NCBI GenBank assembly: GCA_963840855.1
Contig: CAWJBB010000079.1
Span: forward strand, 96,001 to 160,000
DNA: 64,000 bases
From: an uncultured delta proteobacterium
GTDB taxonomy: Bacteria > Desulfobacterota > Binatia > UBA9968
Reading direction: 5' to 3'
Positions 34,208 through 44,739 of the stretch are shown here, piece by piece. The notes beneath the pieces are model-generated. The model was not told the DNA's origin and made no database searches. It saw only the letters and a list, made by a program, of their open reading frames with translations. Made by a program: the position numbers and the translations under genes. Each line of letters begins with the position of its first letter. Within the stretch, counting starts at the first letter, position 1.

Positions 34208-36499
34208 ATGGCTTCACCCTTCAATGGTAAGACCTTCACGTTCACTCAACCTGACGGAACTAAAATCCAGGTACGCGGCTGGGGCGACCAACACTATGCG
34301 GTGTTCGAAACCCTTGACGGCTACACCGTGGTCAAGAACCCCAGCACCGGGTTCTTCGAAATTGCCCAGCTATCGAACGACGGAACTAGGCTGGAACGGG
34401 CTCCCGGCCCTCAGGGCAACCTGGATGGCGCGCGGGCCCCGGTACGGCCCGGGTTGCGGATCAACCGCGAGGCCGCTCGGGCACGAGGATCCGAGGGAGC
34501 GATGCGACTGGGTGGCCGGCGCTGCGATCGGCGCCGCGAGCAGCGCAAGAGCTTAGCGAGAGCGGCACGCGCGCTCGGAGGACCCCTCACCGCGCCCCCA
34601 CAACGCGCAACCGTCGGGGATTTTGTCGGGCTCTGTCTGTTGATCGATTTCTCCGATGAACCCGGGACTATTTCCCGAAACGAGGTTGACAACTTCTGCA
34701 ACCAGCCGGGATATTCAGGCTTCGGTAACAGCGGCTCCGTCTCTGACTATTTCCGCGATAATTCCATCGGCCGCTGCCGTTATACGAATATCGTTGCCGA
34801 CTACTACCGGGCCCAACATCCCAAGTCGCATTACACCGACCCCAATATCGAGCAAGGTGTGCGCGCCCGGGAGCTAATCGTCGAGGCTCTCACTCATCTG
34901 AAGGCCAACAACTTCGACTTTACGCCGTTGACCGCCGATAGCGGCGGTTTTGTCTACGCCATGAACGTCTACTATGCCGGTGAGGTCGTCAACAACTGGG
35001 CCGAAGGTTTGTGGCCGCATGCATGGCATCTGGCGACGCCCGTCGCGCTGGCGCCCGGCAAGTCTGCCTTTGACTACCAGTTCACCGACATGAGCCACCA
35101 GCTCTCTCTCGGCACCTTCTGCCACGAGAACGGCCATATGTTGTGCGACTATCCGGATTTGTACGACTACGGCAGCGAGTCGAGCGGCGTGGGCGCCTAT
35201 TGCCTGATGTGCGCCGGCGGCAACATCGACGAAAAGAACCCCGTCCATATTTCCGCCTACCTGAAACGGCTGTCGGGCTGGGCGAGAAATGTAACCGCGA
35301 TTCAACACGATCAGCAGGTCGACCTCGCCTCAGGCCAGAACGACTTCGCAATGTTTTCAAAGAACAGCGGCGAATACTTCATCGTTGAAAACCGGCGCAA
35401 GAGCGGCCGAGACGTTTCCTTGCCGGACGAGGGACTCGCGATTTGGCATGTGGACGAAGATGGCAGCAACAACAACGAACAAATGACTGCCAGTCAACAC
35501 TACGAGCTCTCGTTGAAACAGGCGGATGGAAATTTTCGCCTGGAGACCTCCCGGCACCACTACGGGGATGCCACCGATCTGTATGGGCAGGTAAATTTGC
35601 GCTTTGCTGATTCGACTTCTCCCGGCAGTAAATGGTGGGATGGCACGGCGTCCAATCTGGACATCTTTGAGATCAGTGCGCCGGGAGACATGATGCGGTT
35701 TCGCACCAGGCTGTTCGAAGATAGCGCCGGCACGCAGACCATCCGGGGCGAGTCTACCCCTGGGCGCAGCATTCCGGACAATACCGCCGGAGGAATAACC
35801 GATACCATCACGATCGCTCAGGACGCCGTCATCGCCAGCGTAAAGATCATGCTCGACATCACTCACACGTACCGCGGCGATTTGCGGGTCACTTTGCAGG
35901 CTCCGTGGGGCGATGAGATCCGTTTGCATGAACGGAACCAGGGCGACAGCGCGGATCACATTCAGCAGACGTTCGATGAGTCCAAGCTGCAGGCCCTGGC
36001 AACGCTCCACAGCCACAGCGCAAAGGGTGACTGGCGTCTGTCTGTCCAGGATCTGGCGGCGGCCGATGTTGGCAGGCTCAATCGTTGGGCGCTGGAGTTC
36101 ACAACCTCCGGGCAGCCGCAAGGGCAGGTCGTGTTGGAAGAGGCACCAGGCACACACATCCCCGATAACAACCCGGTGGGGATCCAGCGCAATCTTTCCA
36201 CCAACGCTACCGGCAATGTCGGCAGCGTGGAAGTGTCCGTGGATATTACCCACACGTATATCGCCGATCTGCGCATCAGCTTGCGCTCGCCGGCCGGCAC
36301 GGAGGTGATCCTCCAAGATCAGATGGGCGGATCCGCTGATAACGTGGTGACGACCTACACCACGGCCACCACCGCCGCGCTCGTGAACCTTGCAGGACAA
36401 CCGATCAACGGGACCTGGCGGCTCAGCGTATCAGATGGCGCCGGCCAGGATGTGGGCAAACTGAATACCTGGCGTGTGGCGATTCATCCCGCTCCGTAA
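34208..36499 (+). CDS. M6-family (immune inhibitor A-like) metalloprotease with two C-terminal proprotein convertase P-domains
   Basis: HENGH..DYPDLYD..YCLM zinc and Met-turn motifs, EYFIVENR; two IPDN...ITHTY..DL..L..P.G...W.L.V.D...D.G.LN.W units. Confidence 0.9.
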   Translation: MASPFNGKTFTFTQPDGTKIQVRGWGDQHYAVFETLDGYTVVKNPSTGFFEIAQLSNDGTRLERAPGPQGNLDGARAPVRPGLRINREAARARGSEGAMRLGGRRCDRRREQRKSLARAARALGGPLTAPPQRATVGDFVGLCLLIDFSDEPGTISRNEVDNFCNQPGYSGFGNSGSVSDYFRDNSIGRCRYTNIVADYYRAQHPKSHYTDPNIEQGVRARELIVEALTHLKANNFDFTPLTADSGGFVYAMNVYYAGEVVNNWAEGLWPHAWHLATPVALAPGKSAFDYQFTDMSHQLSLGTFCHENGHMLCDYPDLYDYGSESSGVGAYCLMCAGGNIDEKNPVHISAYLKRLSGWARNVTAIQHDQQVDLASGQNDFAMFSKNSGEYFIVENRRKSGRDVSLPDEGLAIWHVDEDGSNNNEQMTASQHYELSLKQADGNFRLETSRHHYGDATDLYGQVNLRFADSTSPGSKWWDGTASNLDIFEISAPGDMMRFRTRLFEDSAGTQTIRGESTPGRSIPDNTAGGITDTITIAQDAVIASVKIMLDITHTYRGDLRVTLQAPWGDEIRLHERNQGDSADHIQQTFDESKLQALATLHSHSAKGDWRLSVQDLAAADVGRLNRWALEFTTSGQPQGQVVLEEAPGTHIPDNNPVGIQRNLSTNATGNVGSVEVSVDITHTYIADLRISLRSPAGTEVILQDQMGGSADNVVTTYTTATTAALVNLAGQPINGTWRLSVSDGAGQDVGKLNTWRVAIHPAP

Positions 36500-36650
36500 G
36501 GCGGTGCCTCGGAAGACGCGTACACGAGCGGCGACCGTAGAGCAGTTCGACTCCCGCGGTATAGTGCCGGCGAGTCGCTGGGATCTGGGCAGTTCACCTT
36601 GCTCCGGTCACCAGCGAAACACGATCTAATGTAGCGTCTCAAGAACTTAA

Positions 36651-37724
36651 TCAGCGCGGCGGTAGAGGTCCGCCGCCAATAATTTTCCTGTAGATTTCAA
36701 TGGCCTGGGGATCCCGCGGAATTTCACCGATCACCTTTGCCTGTTCTTCGGGAAATAGTGGATCGGGCTCAACGCCGATCAATTTTTTCAAGTTCACTGC
36801 GAAGTCGGGGTCGCGAAATGTCTTGCGCATCGCCTCTGACAAAATTTTCACCCGCTCCGTTGGCGTTCGAACCGGCAGAATATAGGGATAACCGATGTAG
36901 CGAAGGTTGTAATGCAGTAAAACAACCTTTCTCTCGCTCTCATTTTTCACAAAATTTTCTATTGCGGGCAAATTATCAAAGGCGGGATGACGGATGCGGA
37001 AATCTCTGGGAATCCGCCAAATCGCATGGAAGTGCATGTTTCCCTGTTCGAGCCAATCAGGCGACCGGACAAGAATAGTATTGGTTGGGTACGCCAGCGC
37101 ATCAATTTCCCCCTGAGCGATAGCGGCAACGTGCTCAAGGCCGCCATAGCCAACTATGAACTTTGGCTCTTTGAGACCTAGAAGCCAGGCAAAAATACGG
37201 GCTCGATTGTAGGTGTCATGACCGATAGACTGGGCTCCGATTCTCACGCCCGGAGCTGATCGAAGCTTTTCCAGTGTATCTAGACCGGCTGCCTTGGCGG
37301 TATGAAAAACGTAATTGACTCCGGTGTCTGATGTACCGAGATAAATGAATTTGTCGATATCGTATTGGACGCCGGTCTCCCCCAAAATCGCCTCGCCTGC
37401 AAACCCGGAGCCGGGACTGCCAATGGTCAAGCCATCCGGCTGAGCCATTCTAAATAAATGATTGGCAAGCTTCCGGCCGCCGCCCCCTGGCATATAGTCG
37501 ATCACGATAGTCGGATTGCCGGGGATATACTTGCGCAGAAAAGGGACAGCCGCTTTGATCCTTAAATCTCCCGAGCCGCCGGCTGGGCTTGCCGAGAGGA
37601 TAGTAAGGATCTTGCCTTGATAAAAGGCAGTCTGGGAAAAGGCGTGGGTCGATGAGCACAGAATAATGACCGTGAGAAATCCCAACGAAAGCAATTTTAA
37701 CCCGAGTCTGTTTGTTGACCTCAT
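36651..37724 (-). CDS. Bug/TctC family tripartite tricarboxylate transporter substrate-binding protein
   Basis: Signal peptide, FYQGK, GGSGD, IPGNPTIVIDYMPGGGG, PDGLTIG. Confidence 0.88.
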   Translation of the reverse strand: MRSTNRLGLKLLSLGFLTVIILCSSTHAFSQTAFYQGKILTILSASPAGGSGDLRIKAAVPFLRKYIPGNPTIVIDYMPGGGGRKLANHLFRMAQPDGLTIGSPGSGFAGEAILGETGVQYDIDKFIYLGTSDTGVNYVFHTAKAAGLDTLEKLRSAPGVRIGAQSIGHDTYNRARIFAWLLGLKEPKFIVGYGGLEHVAAIAQGEIDALAYPTNTILVRSPDWLEQGNMHFHAIWRIPRDFRIRHPAFDNLPAIENFVKNESERKVVLLHYNLRYIGYPYILPVRTPTERVKILSEAMRKTFRDPDFAVNLKKLIGVEPDPLFPEEQAKVIGEIPRDPQAIEIYRKIIGGGPLPPR

Positions 37725-37760
37725 CTCTCCCTCCGATGTTCTTCGTTCCTCGCCGAAAAC

Positions 37761-40034
37761 CTATTCAGTCATTTCTCCCTTGATCGCCCAGAAGACGCGC
37801 TCCGGGGTCATCGGTAGCTCTGTAAGCCGGACTCCCGTGGCACGAGCGATGGCGTTACCGATGGCCACGGGCGGTATCACGATGCCCATTTCACCTGCGC
37901 CGCGCACGCCGTAAGGACCGGCGCCCGCAGACGCAGGGACTTCAATAATCTCGCAGTCCAGCGGCGGAACGTCCAGCGCAGTGGGCATGCGGTAGTCCAG
38001 CAGAGTAGCATTTTTCATCGCGCCATTGTTGTCATATATATACTCTTCGCTAAGCGCCCAACCGATGCCCTGGGTGGCGCCTCCCTGCATCTGCCCCTCT
38101 ACCATCGACGGGTTCAAAGCAAATCCCACGTCCTGAAAGCTTGTGTAACGCAGCAACTTGACTTTGCCGGTCTCTGGGTCCGTTTCAACATCAACCACGT
38201 GGCCGGCGGTGGCTGGCGCCATTTGGAGTTGCGTGACCTGACCATGCGCCACGATCACACTGCCGCCTTTGAGGCTCGCCAGCGCCAGCTCCGCGAGGCT
38301 TACTGACCTATCTGGCAAACCCCTCACCGAGAACCGCTTTTCTCTGTATTCGACCAATTCGGCAGGCGCTTCCAAGCTCGTCGCCGCTCGTTGTTTCAGT
38401 TCGGCGAGCAAATTCTGGCAGGCGTAGTTGACCGCCGTACCCATGTCGTGAGCGAGGCGACTGCCCGTACTACCGTCCGTGTAACCGGCCGTATCCGTAT
38501 CCGCGGTAACCACGCGCACCTCTTCAAGAGAAATATCCAGCTCCTCTGCAACGATCTGCGCAAATCCGGTGCGCGTGCCGGAGAGATCTACCGAGCCCAC
38601 GGTGAGGTTAACCGTGCCATCGCTGACAAGCGTGATTTGGCAATGGGCCTGCCCAGAGCCCAAGGGCCAAAAACCTAGGGCAAAGCCGCGCCCTTGGTTT
38701 TTCCCCACCAGTGGAGTCGTCCAGCATGGGTGATCCTCGATCGTCGCAAGGATCTTCTCAAAGCCGATTGCATCGAAGGTCCCTCCGGCAGGCGCAGGGT
38801 CTCCGGCCCGCGAGATGTTTTTCTTCCGCAACTCCAGCGGGTTCATTTCAAGACTCCGAGCTACTTCGTCCATCGTCGTCTCGATAGCGTAGGTCGCAGC
38901 AGCGCCTCCCGGTGCGCGATAAGGCACAGATTTGGGTTTGTTGGTCACGACATCGTAACCTTCCACCTTGAAGTTGGGAATCTGATAGGGTGCCACTGCC
39001 GCCCAGATCGCTCGATTGATCGGCGCGCCAGGATAGCAGCCCCCGCTGTAAGCGTAGCGAGCGTGGAGCGCAGTGAGTTGGCCGCTCCGTTTGACGCCGA
39101 TCTTGACCGTACTCACCGTGGCAGCCCCAGGTCCTGTGGCCCTTAACACTTCCTCCCTCGTAAGGGCGATACGCACCGGGCGGCCGCATTTTCGCGAGAG
39201 CGCTGCACAGACAGGCGAAACGCGAGCGTGCTCCTTGCCGCCAAAAGCGCCGCCGACTTCCATAGGGATCACCTTGATCTTACTTGGCGGCACCTGAAGC
39301 AGTACCGATAGCTCCTCTCGATGTAGGAAGATGCCCTGGGTCACCGCCCATACCGTGATGTGACCGCCAGGACCAACCAGGGCGCACTCAGCTTCCGGTT
39401 CGATATAACCCTGGTGCACCATCCTCGTGCGAAAACTGCGCTCGATTACGATGTCCGCGTCCGCGAAACCTCGTTCCAAACTTCCCCGTTTAAACTCGAG
39501 ATGCCACGCCACGTTGCTGGGGCTGGTGGCGAGATCTCCGTCGCTTAAGGTGAATAGGTCCGAGTGTAGCAGCGGCGCCTCCGGCTTCATTGCTTCATCC
39601 GGGTCCAGCACCACAGGCAAAGGCTCGTACTCTACTTCAATGAACCCCAGGGCATCCTCGGCTTCCTCCAATGTCCTGGCAGCAACGGCCGCCACGGGCT
39701 GCCCGTGAAAATGAACCTTCTCTCGCGCCATGATCACGCGACTCAAATACGACATCTCAAAGGTACGCCTGCCAACACAGGCCAGAGTACCTCGGGCCAA
39801 GTTGGGAAAGTCGGCCGCGGTGACGACAGCCATCACTCCAGGCCTCGCGGCGGTCTTGCTGGTGTTTATGCTTTTGATGCGGGCATGAGCGTATGGACTG
39901 CGGAGAATTTTTCCGTAGAGCATGCCGGGAAGCATCAGGTCCGCGCCAAACTGCGAGTTGCCGGTCACCTTGTCTAGCCCATCGACCTTTGCAGTGCGGT
40001 TGCCTAGATACCTGTGCTCCTTGGCAGCAGCCAT
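37761..40034 (-). CDS. Xanthine dehydrogenase family molybdopterin-binding large subunit
   Basis: DKVTG..QF.ADL.LPGML, VGGAFGGK, YRAPG, EGQMQGG..QGIG, RGAGE. Confidence 0.92.
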   Translation of the reverse strand: MAAAKEHRYLGNRTAKVDGLDKVTGNSQFGADLMLPGMLYGKILRSPYAHARIKSINTSKTAARPGVMAVVTAADFPNLARGTLACVGRRTFEMSYLSRVIMAREKVHFHGQPVAAVAARTLEEAEDALGFIEVEYEPLPVVLDPDEAMKPEAPLLHSDLFTLSDGDLATSPSNVAWHLEFKRGSLERGFADADIVIERSFRTRMVHQGYIEPEAECALVGPGGHITVWAVTQGIFLHREELSVLLQVPPSKIKVIPMEVGGAFGGKEHARVSPVCAALSRKCGRPVRIALTREEVLRATGPGAATVSTVKIGVKRSGQLTALHARYAYSGGCYPGAPINRAIWAAVAPYQIPNFKVEGYDVVTNKPKSVPYRAPGGAAATYAIETTMDEVARSLEMNPLELRKKNISRAGDPAPAGGTFDAIGFEKILATIEDHPCWTTPLVGKNQGRGFALGFWPLGSGQAHCQITLVSDGTVNLTVGSVDLSGTRTGFAQIVAEELDISLEEVRVVTADTDTAGYTDGSTGSRLAHDMGTAVNYACQNLLAELKQRAATSLEAPAELVEYREKRFSVRGLPDRSVSLAELALASLKGGSVIVAHGQVTQLQMAPATAGHVVDVETDPETGKVKLLRYTSFQDVGFALNPSMVEGQMQGGATQGIGWALSEEYIYDNNGAMKNATLLDYRMPTALDVPPLDCEIIEVPASAGAGPYGVRGAGEMGIVIPPVAIGNAIARATGVRLTELPMTPERVFWAIKGEMTE

Positions 40035-40052
40035 TCACACCTCCGTTCCTTT

Positions 40053-40529
40053 CTATGCGACCTTAGGGAGAGCCTGGCACGCTGCCATAACCGCCCGCAC
40101 GATCTTGTCATACCCGGTGCATCGGCACAGGTTGCCGGCGAGGGCGAGACGGATCTCATGCGCGGTGGGATTCGGGTTGTGCTCCAGGAGCGCCTTGGCG
40201 GACATGATGAAGCCCGGGGTGCAAAAACCACACTGCAACGCGCCGTGCTCGATGAAGGCCCGTTGCACGGGGTGAAGCATGCCGTTTGCTGCAACCCCTT
40301 CCACCGTGGTGACTTCGGCCCCATCTCCCTCGACGGCAAACACCAGACAGGAGTTCACGGTTGCGCCGTTCAGATCCACTGTGCAACTGCCGCAGTTGCC
40401 ATTGCCACAGCCCTCTTTGGAACCCATAAATCCAAGACGGTAGCGCAGCGCGTCGAGCAGGGTTTCGCGCGTATCCACAATGACGCTGTACTTTTCGCCG
40501 TTGACTTTGAAGTTGACTTCACGTTTCAC
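40053..40529 (-). CDS. Mo-hydroxylase small [2Fe-2S] subunit
   Basis: GCGNGNCGSCTV..NSC, QCGFCTPG, NLCRCTGY. Confidence 0.95.
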   Translation of the reverse strand: MKREVNFKVNGEKYSVIVDTRETLLDALRYRLGFMGSKEGCGNGNCGSCTVDLNGATVNSCLVFAVEGDGAEVTTVEGVAANGMLHPVQRAFIEHGALQCGFCTPGFIMSAKALLEHNPNPTAHEIRLALAGNLCRCTGYDKIVRAVMAACQALPKVA

Positions 40530-40573
40530 GTTACTCTCCTCAGCCTCGGCAGTCAGAGCTGGAACAGGTCCTG

Positions 40574-41458
40574 TCAGCCCGTAGCCTGTTCGCTTACTCT
40601 CTCCAACGCCTTTTGCAGGGTTCGGCGGGTCAATACTTTGACCAACTCAATGCGATAGGCAGCCGAGCCGCGCACGTCGGAGATCGGCTGCGCCGCCCGG
40701 GCAGCCAATTCACCAGCCTGTGTGAAGGCCGCCTGATCGGGCGCTTTACCAACCAGGAACTCCTCGGCCTCCCGCGCCCGCACCGGCGTGGGCGCTACCG
40801 CTGCCAGCGTAATCCGCGCCTGCTCACAGCGCCGGCCATCGGCACTGAACTGCACAAACGATCCCACGCCGGCTACGGCGATGTCCATTTCTTCGCGGGG
40901 GATAAAGCGGAGGTACGCGGCGCCGGAGTGAGGAGGCGGCGTTGGCACAGCAATCTCAACCAGGATTTCGCCCTTGGCGAGCACGGCCTGACCGGGCCCG
41001 ACAAAAAAATTCTCTGCCGGCAGCTCTCGGCAGCCATTGGGGCCGGCGATAATCAATTTCCCCCCGTAAGAAAGGATTGGCGGCACCGTATCGGCCGAAG
41101 GGGCAGCATTGCAGAAGTTGCCGCCAACCGCGGCACGATTTTGAATCTGGACCGAGCCGACTAAGCCGCAGGCCTCGGCCAGCGCATGATAATGCTGCCG
41201 CGCCGGCGGAAAGTTGCCGATGCGGGCGCAGGAAACTGCTGCGCCGACCCGCAGCCCCTGCTTTTCGTCGCAGCAAAGGACATTCAATTCGGGGATACGC
41301 TTGACATCCACCACCAGGCCGGGGCTCTTGCGGTTCTCCTTCATTTGCGCGATGAGATCCGTTCCACCGGCGAGCAGCCGGCCTTCGCCGTTTGCTCGGG
41401 ACAAAAGGTCTATGGCTTCTTGCAAACTTGTCGGTGCAGCGTATTCAAACTCGCGCAC
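40574..41458 (-). CDS. Mo-hydroxylase medium FAD-binding subunit
   Basis: LLAGGTDL, QIQNRAAVGGN, PISDVRGSA.YR. GTG start with a GGAGG RBS. Confidence 0.93.
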   Translation of the reverse strand: MREFEYAAPTSLQEAIDLLSRANGEGRLLAGGTDLIAQMKENRKSPGLVVDVKRIPELNVLCCDEKQGLRVGAAVSCARIGNFPPARQHYHALAEACGLVGSVQIQNRAAVGGNFCNAAPSADTVPPILSYGGKLIIAGPNGCRELPAENFFVGPGQAVLAKGEILVEIAVPTPPPHSGAAYLRFIPREEMDIAVAGVGSFVQFSADGRRCEQARITLAAVAPTPVRAREAEEFLVGKAPDQAAFTQAGELAARAAQPISDVRGSAAYRIELVKVLTRRTLQKALERVSEQATG

Positions 41459-41688
41459 ACTATCATCCTCCATTTTATTGTACGAGCGGAAGGGAAATGA
41501 GCAGCAGCCTCTTTCCGGGCAACACGCACTTTGAGGTCATTTTAAAAATCGACATTAGGAGATTCAAAGGTGAAGTGTCAAGCCGGTGCTCATACGTGAT
41601 CTTGCAAATTTATTACGCAGCGATGATAAAGGTGAGTATATAGCTGAGATGGCCTAAACGAGCCCGCAGTGCAACGGCAGGCCGGCGC

Positions 41689-42006
41689 TTGGCAGGAACC
41701 GGACAGCAAAATTGGTTTGACACGTTCACGGTGGGACGAATACCACCAAAGATTTCCGATGTGCGTCGTTCCTTCGATAAATCAGGACGGGCTCTGAGGG
41801 TCTCTAAGGATGAACGAAGATTTTTCAGCAATCGCGTCCAATGCACGGTGCACATAGAAGAAGATGCAAATTATGCAACCGGGCTCGAGGAATACGCCAA
41901 AGAAATGGTCGCGCTGGGAGACGTAAAAAATATAAACCTGGAGAAGGTTCTTAGACAGGACTTGATGCGCGAGGCCTTCCAAATTATGGGCTCGCGCCGA
42001 AATTAA
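41689..42006 (+). pseudogene. Possible C-terminal gene remnant (SBP-like)
   Basis: The last ~45 codons are protein-like (GLEEYAKEMVALGDVKNINLEKVL) but there is no convincing start; followed by a hairpin. Confidence 0.25.
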
Positions 42007-42007
42007 G

Positions 42008-42029
42008 CCTGAGCTCGAAAGAGCTCGGG
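42008..42029 (+). terminator. GC-rich hairpin with a GAAA loop
   Basis: CCTGAGCTC-GAAA-GAGCTCGGG right after stop 42006; no U-tract. Confidence 0.3.
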
Positions 42030-42120
42030 AAGTGGTAAAACGGATCGGCTACTAGACGGATTAGACGGATTGAGAGTTAAATCGCCTTTCGCTTTAGAAA
42101 AACCAGCCAGGAGGTTCGAT

Positions 42121-43245
42121 ATGAAGTATCACTTGTGCAGGATTGCTTGCTTGTCTCTCAGCCTTGGTCTGTGGCAATCGGCTTTCGCCGCTACCATCGA
42201 TTCCACTCTGGGTAAAATTAAGAGTGAAGCGCAATCGAAGGGCTACATCTTCTATACGAGCCATGATCAGATCGTGTCTGAGGCGAAAAAGGAAGGAAAG
42301 CTCAAAATCCTGACCGGCCTGGATCCGCAATCCATTAAAGCCATGACCAGCGCATTTAAAAGAAAATATCCCTTCATCAATGTGATCGCTGAGGAAGCAC
42401 AGGGAATCACCGAGCACCAGCGGATCATTCTCGAGCTCAAAGCCGGCTTGACCAGGGACACGGATGGCATCTCGATGGCCAGCGATTTGTATAACGACTA
42501 TATGCCCTATCTGAAAAAGTTCGATATCCTCTCGATGGCCGAACACGGCGTGCTGCAAATCCATCCCAAGATGCTCGATCCAAAGAATCGCAACGTCGCG
42601 GCATTGACCGCCAATACACAAGTAGGCGTAGCCTTCAATAAAAACCTCATCGCTGCCGAGAAAACACCCAATACCTGGGAAGATTATCTAAAACCCGAGT
42701 TCAAAGGAAAAAAGTTTGTCGCTGATGTCAGGCCCACAGAGATCGCGGCGCTGGTGCCTGCATGGGGATTGGAAAAGACTGTGGACTACGCGCGCAAGCT
42801 GGCCGCCCAGCAACCGGTGTGGGTGCGTGGCGCCACCAGGGCGACCATGGCCGTATTTGCCGGAGAGTATCCCATGTTCATAGGGGGCAATTACAAAACC
42901 ATCCGGCGAGCGCAGCAAAAGGATCGCGCCGGCGTGCTGCACTACAAGTTCCTGGAACCGATCCCTGTGCGCCCCGCCGAGCCTTTCGGGGTGATCGCCA
43001 CAAGTGGCAATCCGCATACGGCGTTACTATGGATTGAATTCGTGGCTACAGCGGAAGGTCAAAAAATTATCGATGACTTTGATCCCTTCGGAGCCTCCAT
43101 TTACGCGCCGAACTCGATACAAGGCCAGGAGGTCAAAGGCAAGAAGGTGTCATTGGTGGACTGGGAGTATTATACGCTGCTGGGCGAATATCAGGACAAG
43201 ATAGTCGCCGCTTATGGCTTTCCCAAGGCCGACCCGCAAAAATAG
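42121..43245 (+). CDS. Extracellular solute-binding protein (same family as 7427 and 9858), full-length copy
   Basis: AGGAGG RBS, signal peptide ..SAFA-A, AKKEGKL, AYGFPKA. Confidence 0.9.
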   Translation: MKYHLCRIACLSLSLGLWQSAFAATIDSTLGKIKSEAQSKGYIFYTSHDQIVSEAKKEGKLKILTGLDPQSIKAMTSAFKRKYPFINVIAEEAQGITEHQRIILELKAGLTRDTDGISMASDLYNDYMPYLKKFDILSMAEHGVLQIHPKMLDPKNRNVAALTANTQVGVAFNKNLIAAEKTPNTWEDYLKPEFKGKKFVADVRPTEIAALVPAWGLEKTVDYARKLAAQQPVWVRGATRATMAVFAGEYPMFIGGNYKTIRRAQQKDRAGVLHYKFLEPIPVRPAEPFGVIATSGNPHTALLWIEFVATAEGQKIIDDFDPFGASIYAPNSIQGQEVKGKKVSLVDWEYYTLLGEYQDKIVAAYGFPKADPQK

Positions 43246-43268
43246 AAGAACCGAAAAAGGGAGCGAAA

Positions 43269-44162
43269 ATGATTCTGGTTTTGCGCGCGGCCTCGATGAG
43301 CGGTCTCCCCTTCTACATAGCGGAAGAAAAAGGCTTCTTTGACAGAGAAAACGTCCAGGTCCGCTGCATACATTCACACGATCCGAAGCGAAGAATAGTC
43401 CAATTATTGGCCGAGGGGGAAGTTGATTTCTATACCTCGATAAGCGCCATCGTGGAAGCGGTTACCGACGGCGTGAAAGTAAAAGCGCTGTGCGCCACGA
43501 GCAACTCGCGATATCCCTGCGCAGCGAGAGAGGTGATCCGTTCGTTTGCTGATTTGAAAAACAAAAAAGTGATGGTCGGAGGCGGCAGGTCGCGCAACGA
43601 AGTTCTCTGGCTGTGCCGGCGCCTGGGTTGGCAACCGGATCAGGATCTGGAAATTGTCTCCGGAGATCTGTCCGAGCGCGCGCAGGCCTTCTCCGATCCC
43701 AGCTTTGCTGCCGTGTTCGGGCGGCCTCAGTACCTGTCTTGGCTCAAAAAAGGCGGGTTTCATCTTTTACCTTATCCGGACAAGGACGACGCCTGGCCCG
43801 AAGGGTGTCTCGCCACAAGTCAAGCACTGATTGAGGAGAAGCCGGACGTCATACAAAAGGTTGTCAACGCGGTCGTTACGGCCACTGAGTACGCCAGAAG
43901 CCATAAAGAGGAAGCCCTAGCGGTTGCGATGAACCATGTTGGCTATCTCGGAAAAGAGGCGGTTGAGGGGAATTATGAAGTGCTGCGCGAATGGTACTCC
44001 AACGATATTAGCGAGACTGCCATCGCTCACATTGTGGAAGTACTTGAGCTCAAAAATGAGTCCGCTAAACAGCTCCGGCTGGAGGATTTTGCCGTAGGCG
44101 TAGCTTCAATAAAAACCTCATCGCTGCCGAGAAAACACCGAATACCTGGGAAGATTATCTAA
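43269..44162 (+). CDS. SsuA/THI5-like SBP-fold protein, copy 1, with C-terminus altered by the duplication junction at 44094
   Basis: LPFYIAEEKGFF, DLKNKKV; diverges from copies 2 and 3 after LEDFA. Confidence 0.75.
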   Translation: MILVLRAASMSGLPFYIAEEKGFFDRENVQVRCIHSHDPKRRIVQLLAEGEVDFYTSISAIVEAVTDGVKVKALCATSNSRYPCAAREVIRSFADLKNKKVMVGGGRSRNEVLWLCRRLGWQPDQDLEIVSGDLSERAQAFSDPSFAAVFGRPQYLSWLKKGGFHLLPYPDKDDAWPEGCLATSQALIEEKPDVIQKVVNAVVTATEYARSHKEEALAVAMNHVGYLGKEAVEGNYEVLREWYSNDISETAIAHIVEVLELKNESAKQLRLEDFAVGVASIKTSSLPRKHRIPGKII

Positions 44163-44716
44163 AACCCGAGTTCAAAGGAAAAAAGTTTGTCGCTGATGTC
44201 AGGCCCACAGAGATCGCGGCGCTGGTGCCTGCATGGGGATTGGAAAAGACTGTCGACTACGCGCGCAAGCTGGCCGCCCAGCAACCGGTGTGGGTGCGTG
44301 GCACCACCAGGGCGACCATGGCCGTATTTGCCGGAGAGTATCCCATGTTCATAGGGGGCAATTACAAATCCATCCGGCGAGCGCAGCAAAAGGATCGCGC
44401 CGGCGTGCTACACTACAAGCTCCTGGAACCGATCCCTGTGCGCCCCGCCGAGCCTTTCGGGGTGATCGCCACAAGTGGCAATCCGCATACGGCGTTACTA
44501 TGGATTGAATTCGTGGCTACAGCGGAAGGTCAAAAAATTATCGATGACTTTGATCCCTTCGGAGCATCCATTTACGCGCCGAACTCGATACAAGGCCAGG
44601 AGATCAAAGGCAAGAAGGTGTCATTGGTGGACTGGGAGTATTATACGCTGCTGGGCGAATATCAGGACAAAATCGTCGCCGCTTATGGCTTTCCCAAGGC
44701 CGACCCCCAAAAATAG
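44094..44716 (+). pseudogene. 5'-truncated duplicate of the 42121 solute-binding protein
   Basis: Starts at the position equivalent to 42622, with a 1-nt deletion next to the junction. Confidence 0.85.
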
Positions 44717-44739
44717 AAGAACCGAAAAAGGGAGCGAAA

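Noticed and set aside
36537-36556. GTAGAGCA-GTTCGACTCCC resembles tRNA D-arm and T-arm sequences
   Set aside because: There is no anticodon arm, acceptor stem or cloverleaf; the two motifs are directly adjacent.
37761-41458. Aerobic CO dehydrogenase coxMSL served by the nearby MoxR as CoxD
   Set aside because: The active-site loop is YRAPG, not AYxCSFR, and the MoxR neighbourhood is DUF58/Bat-type rather than coxDEF.
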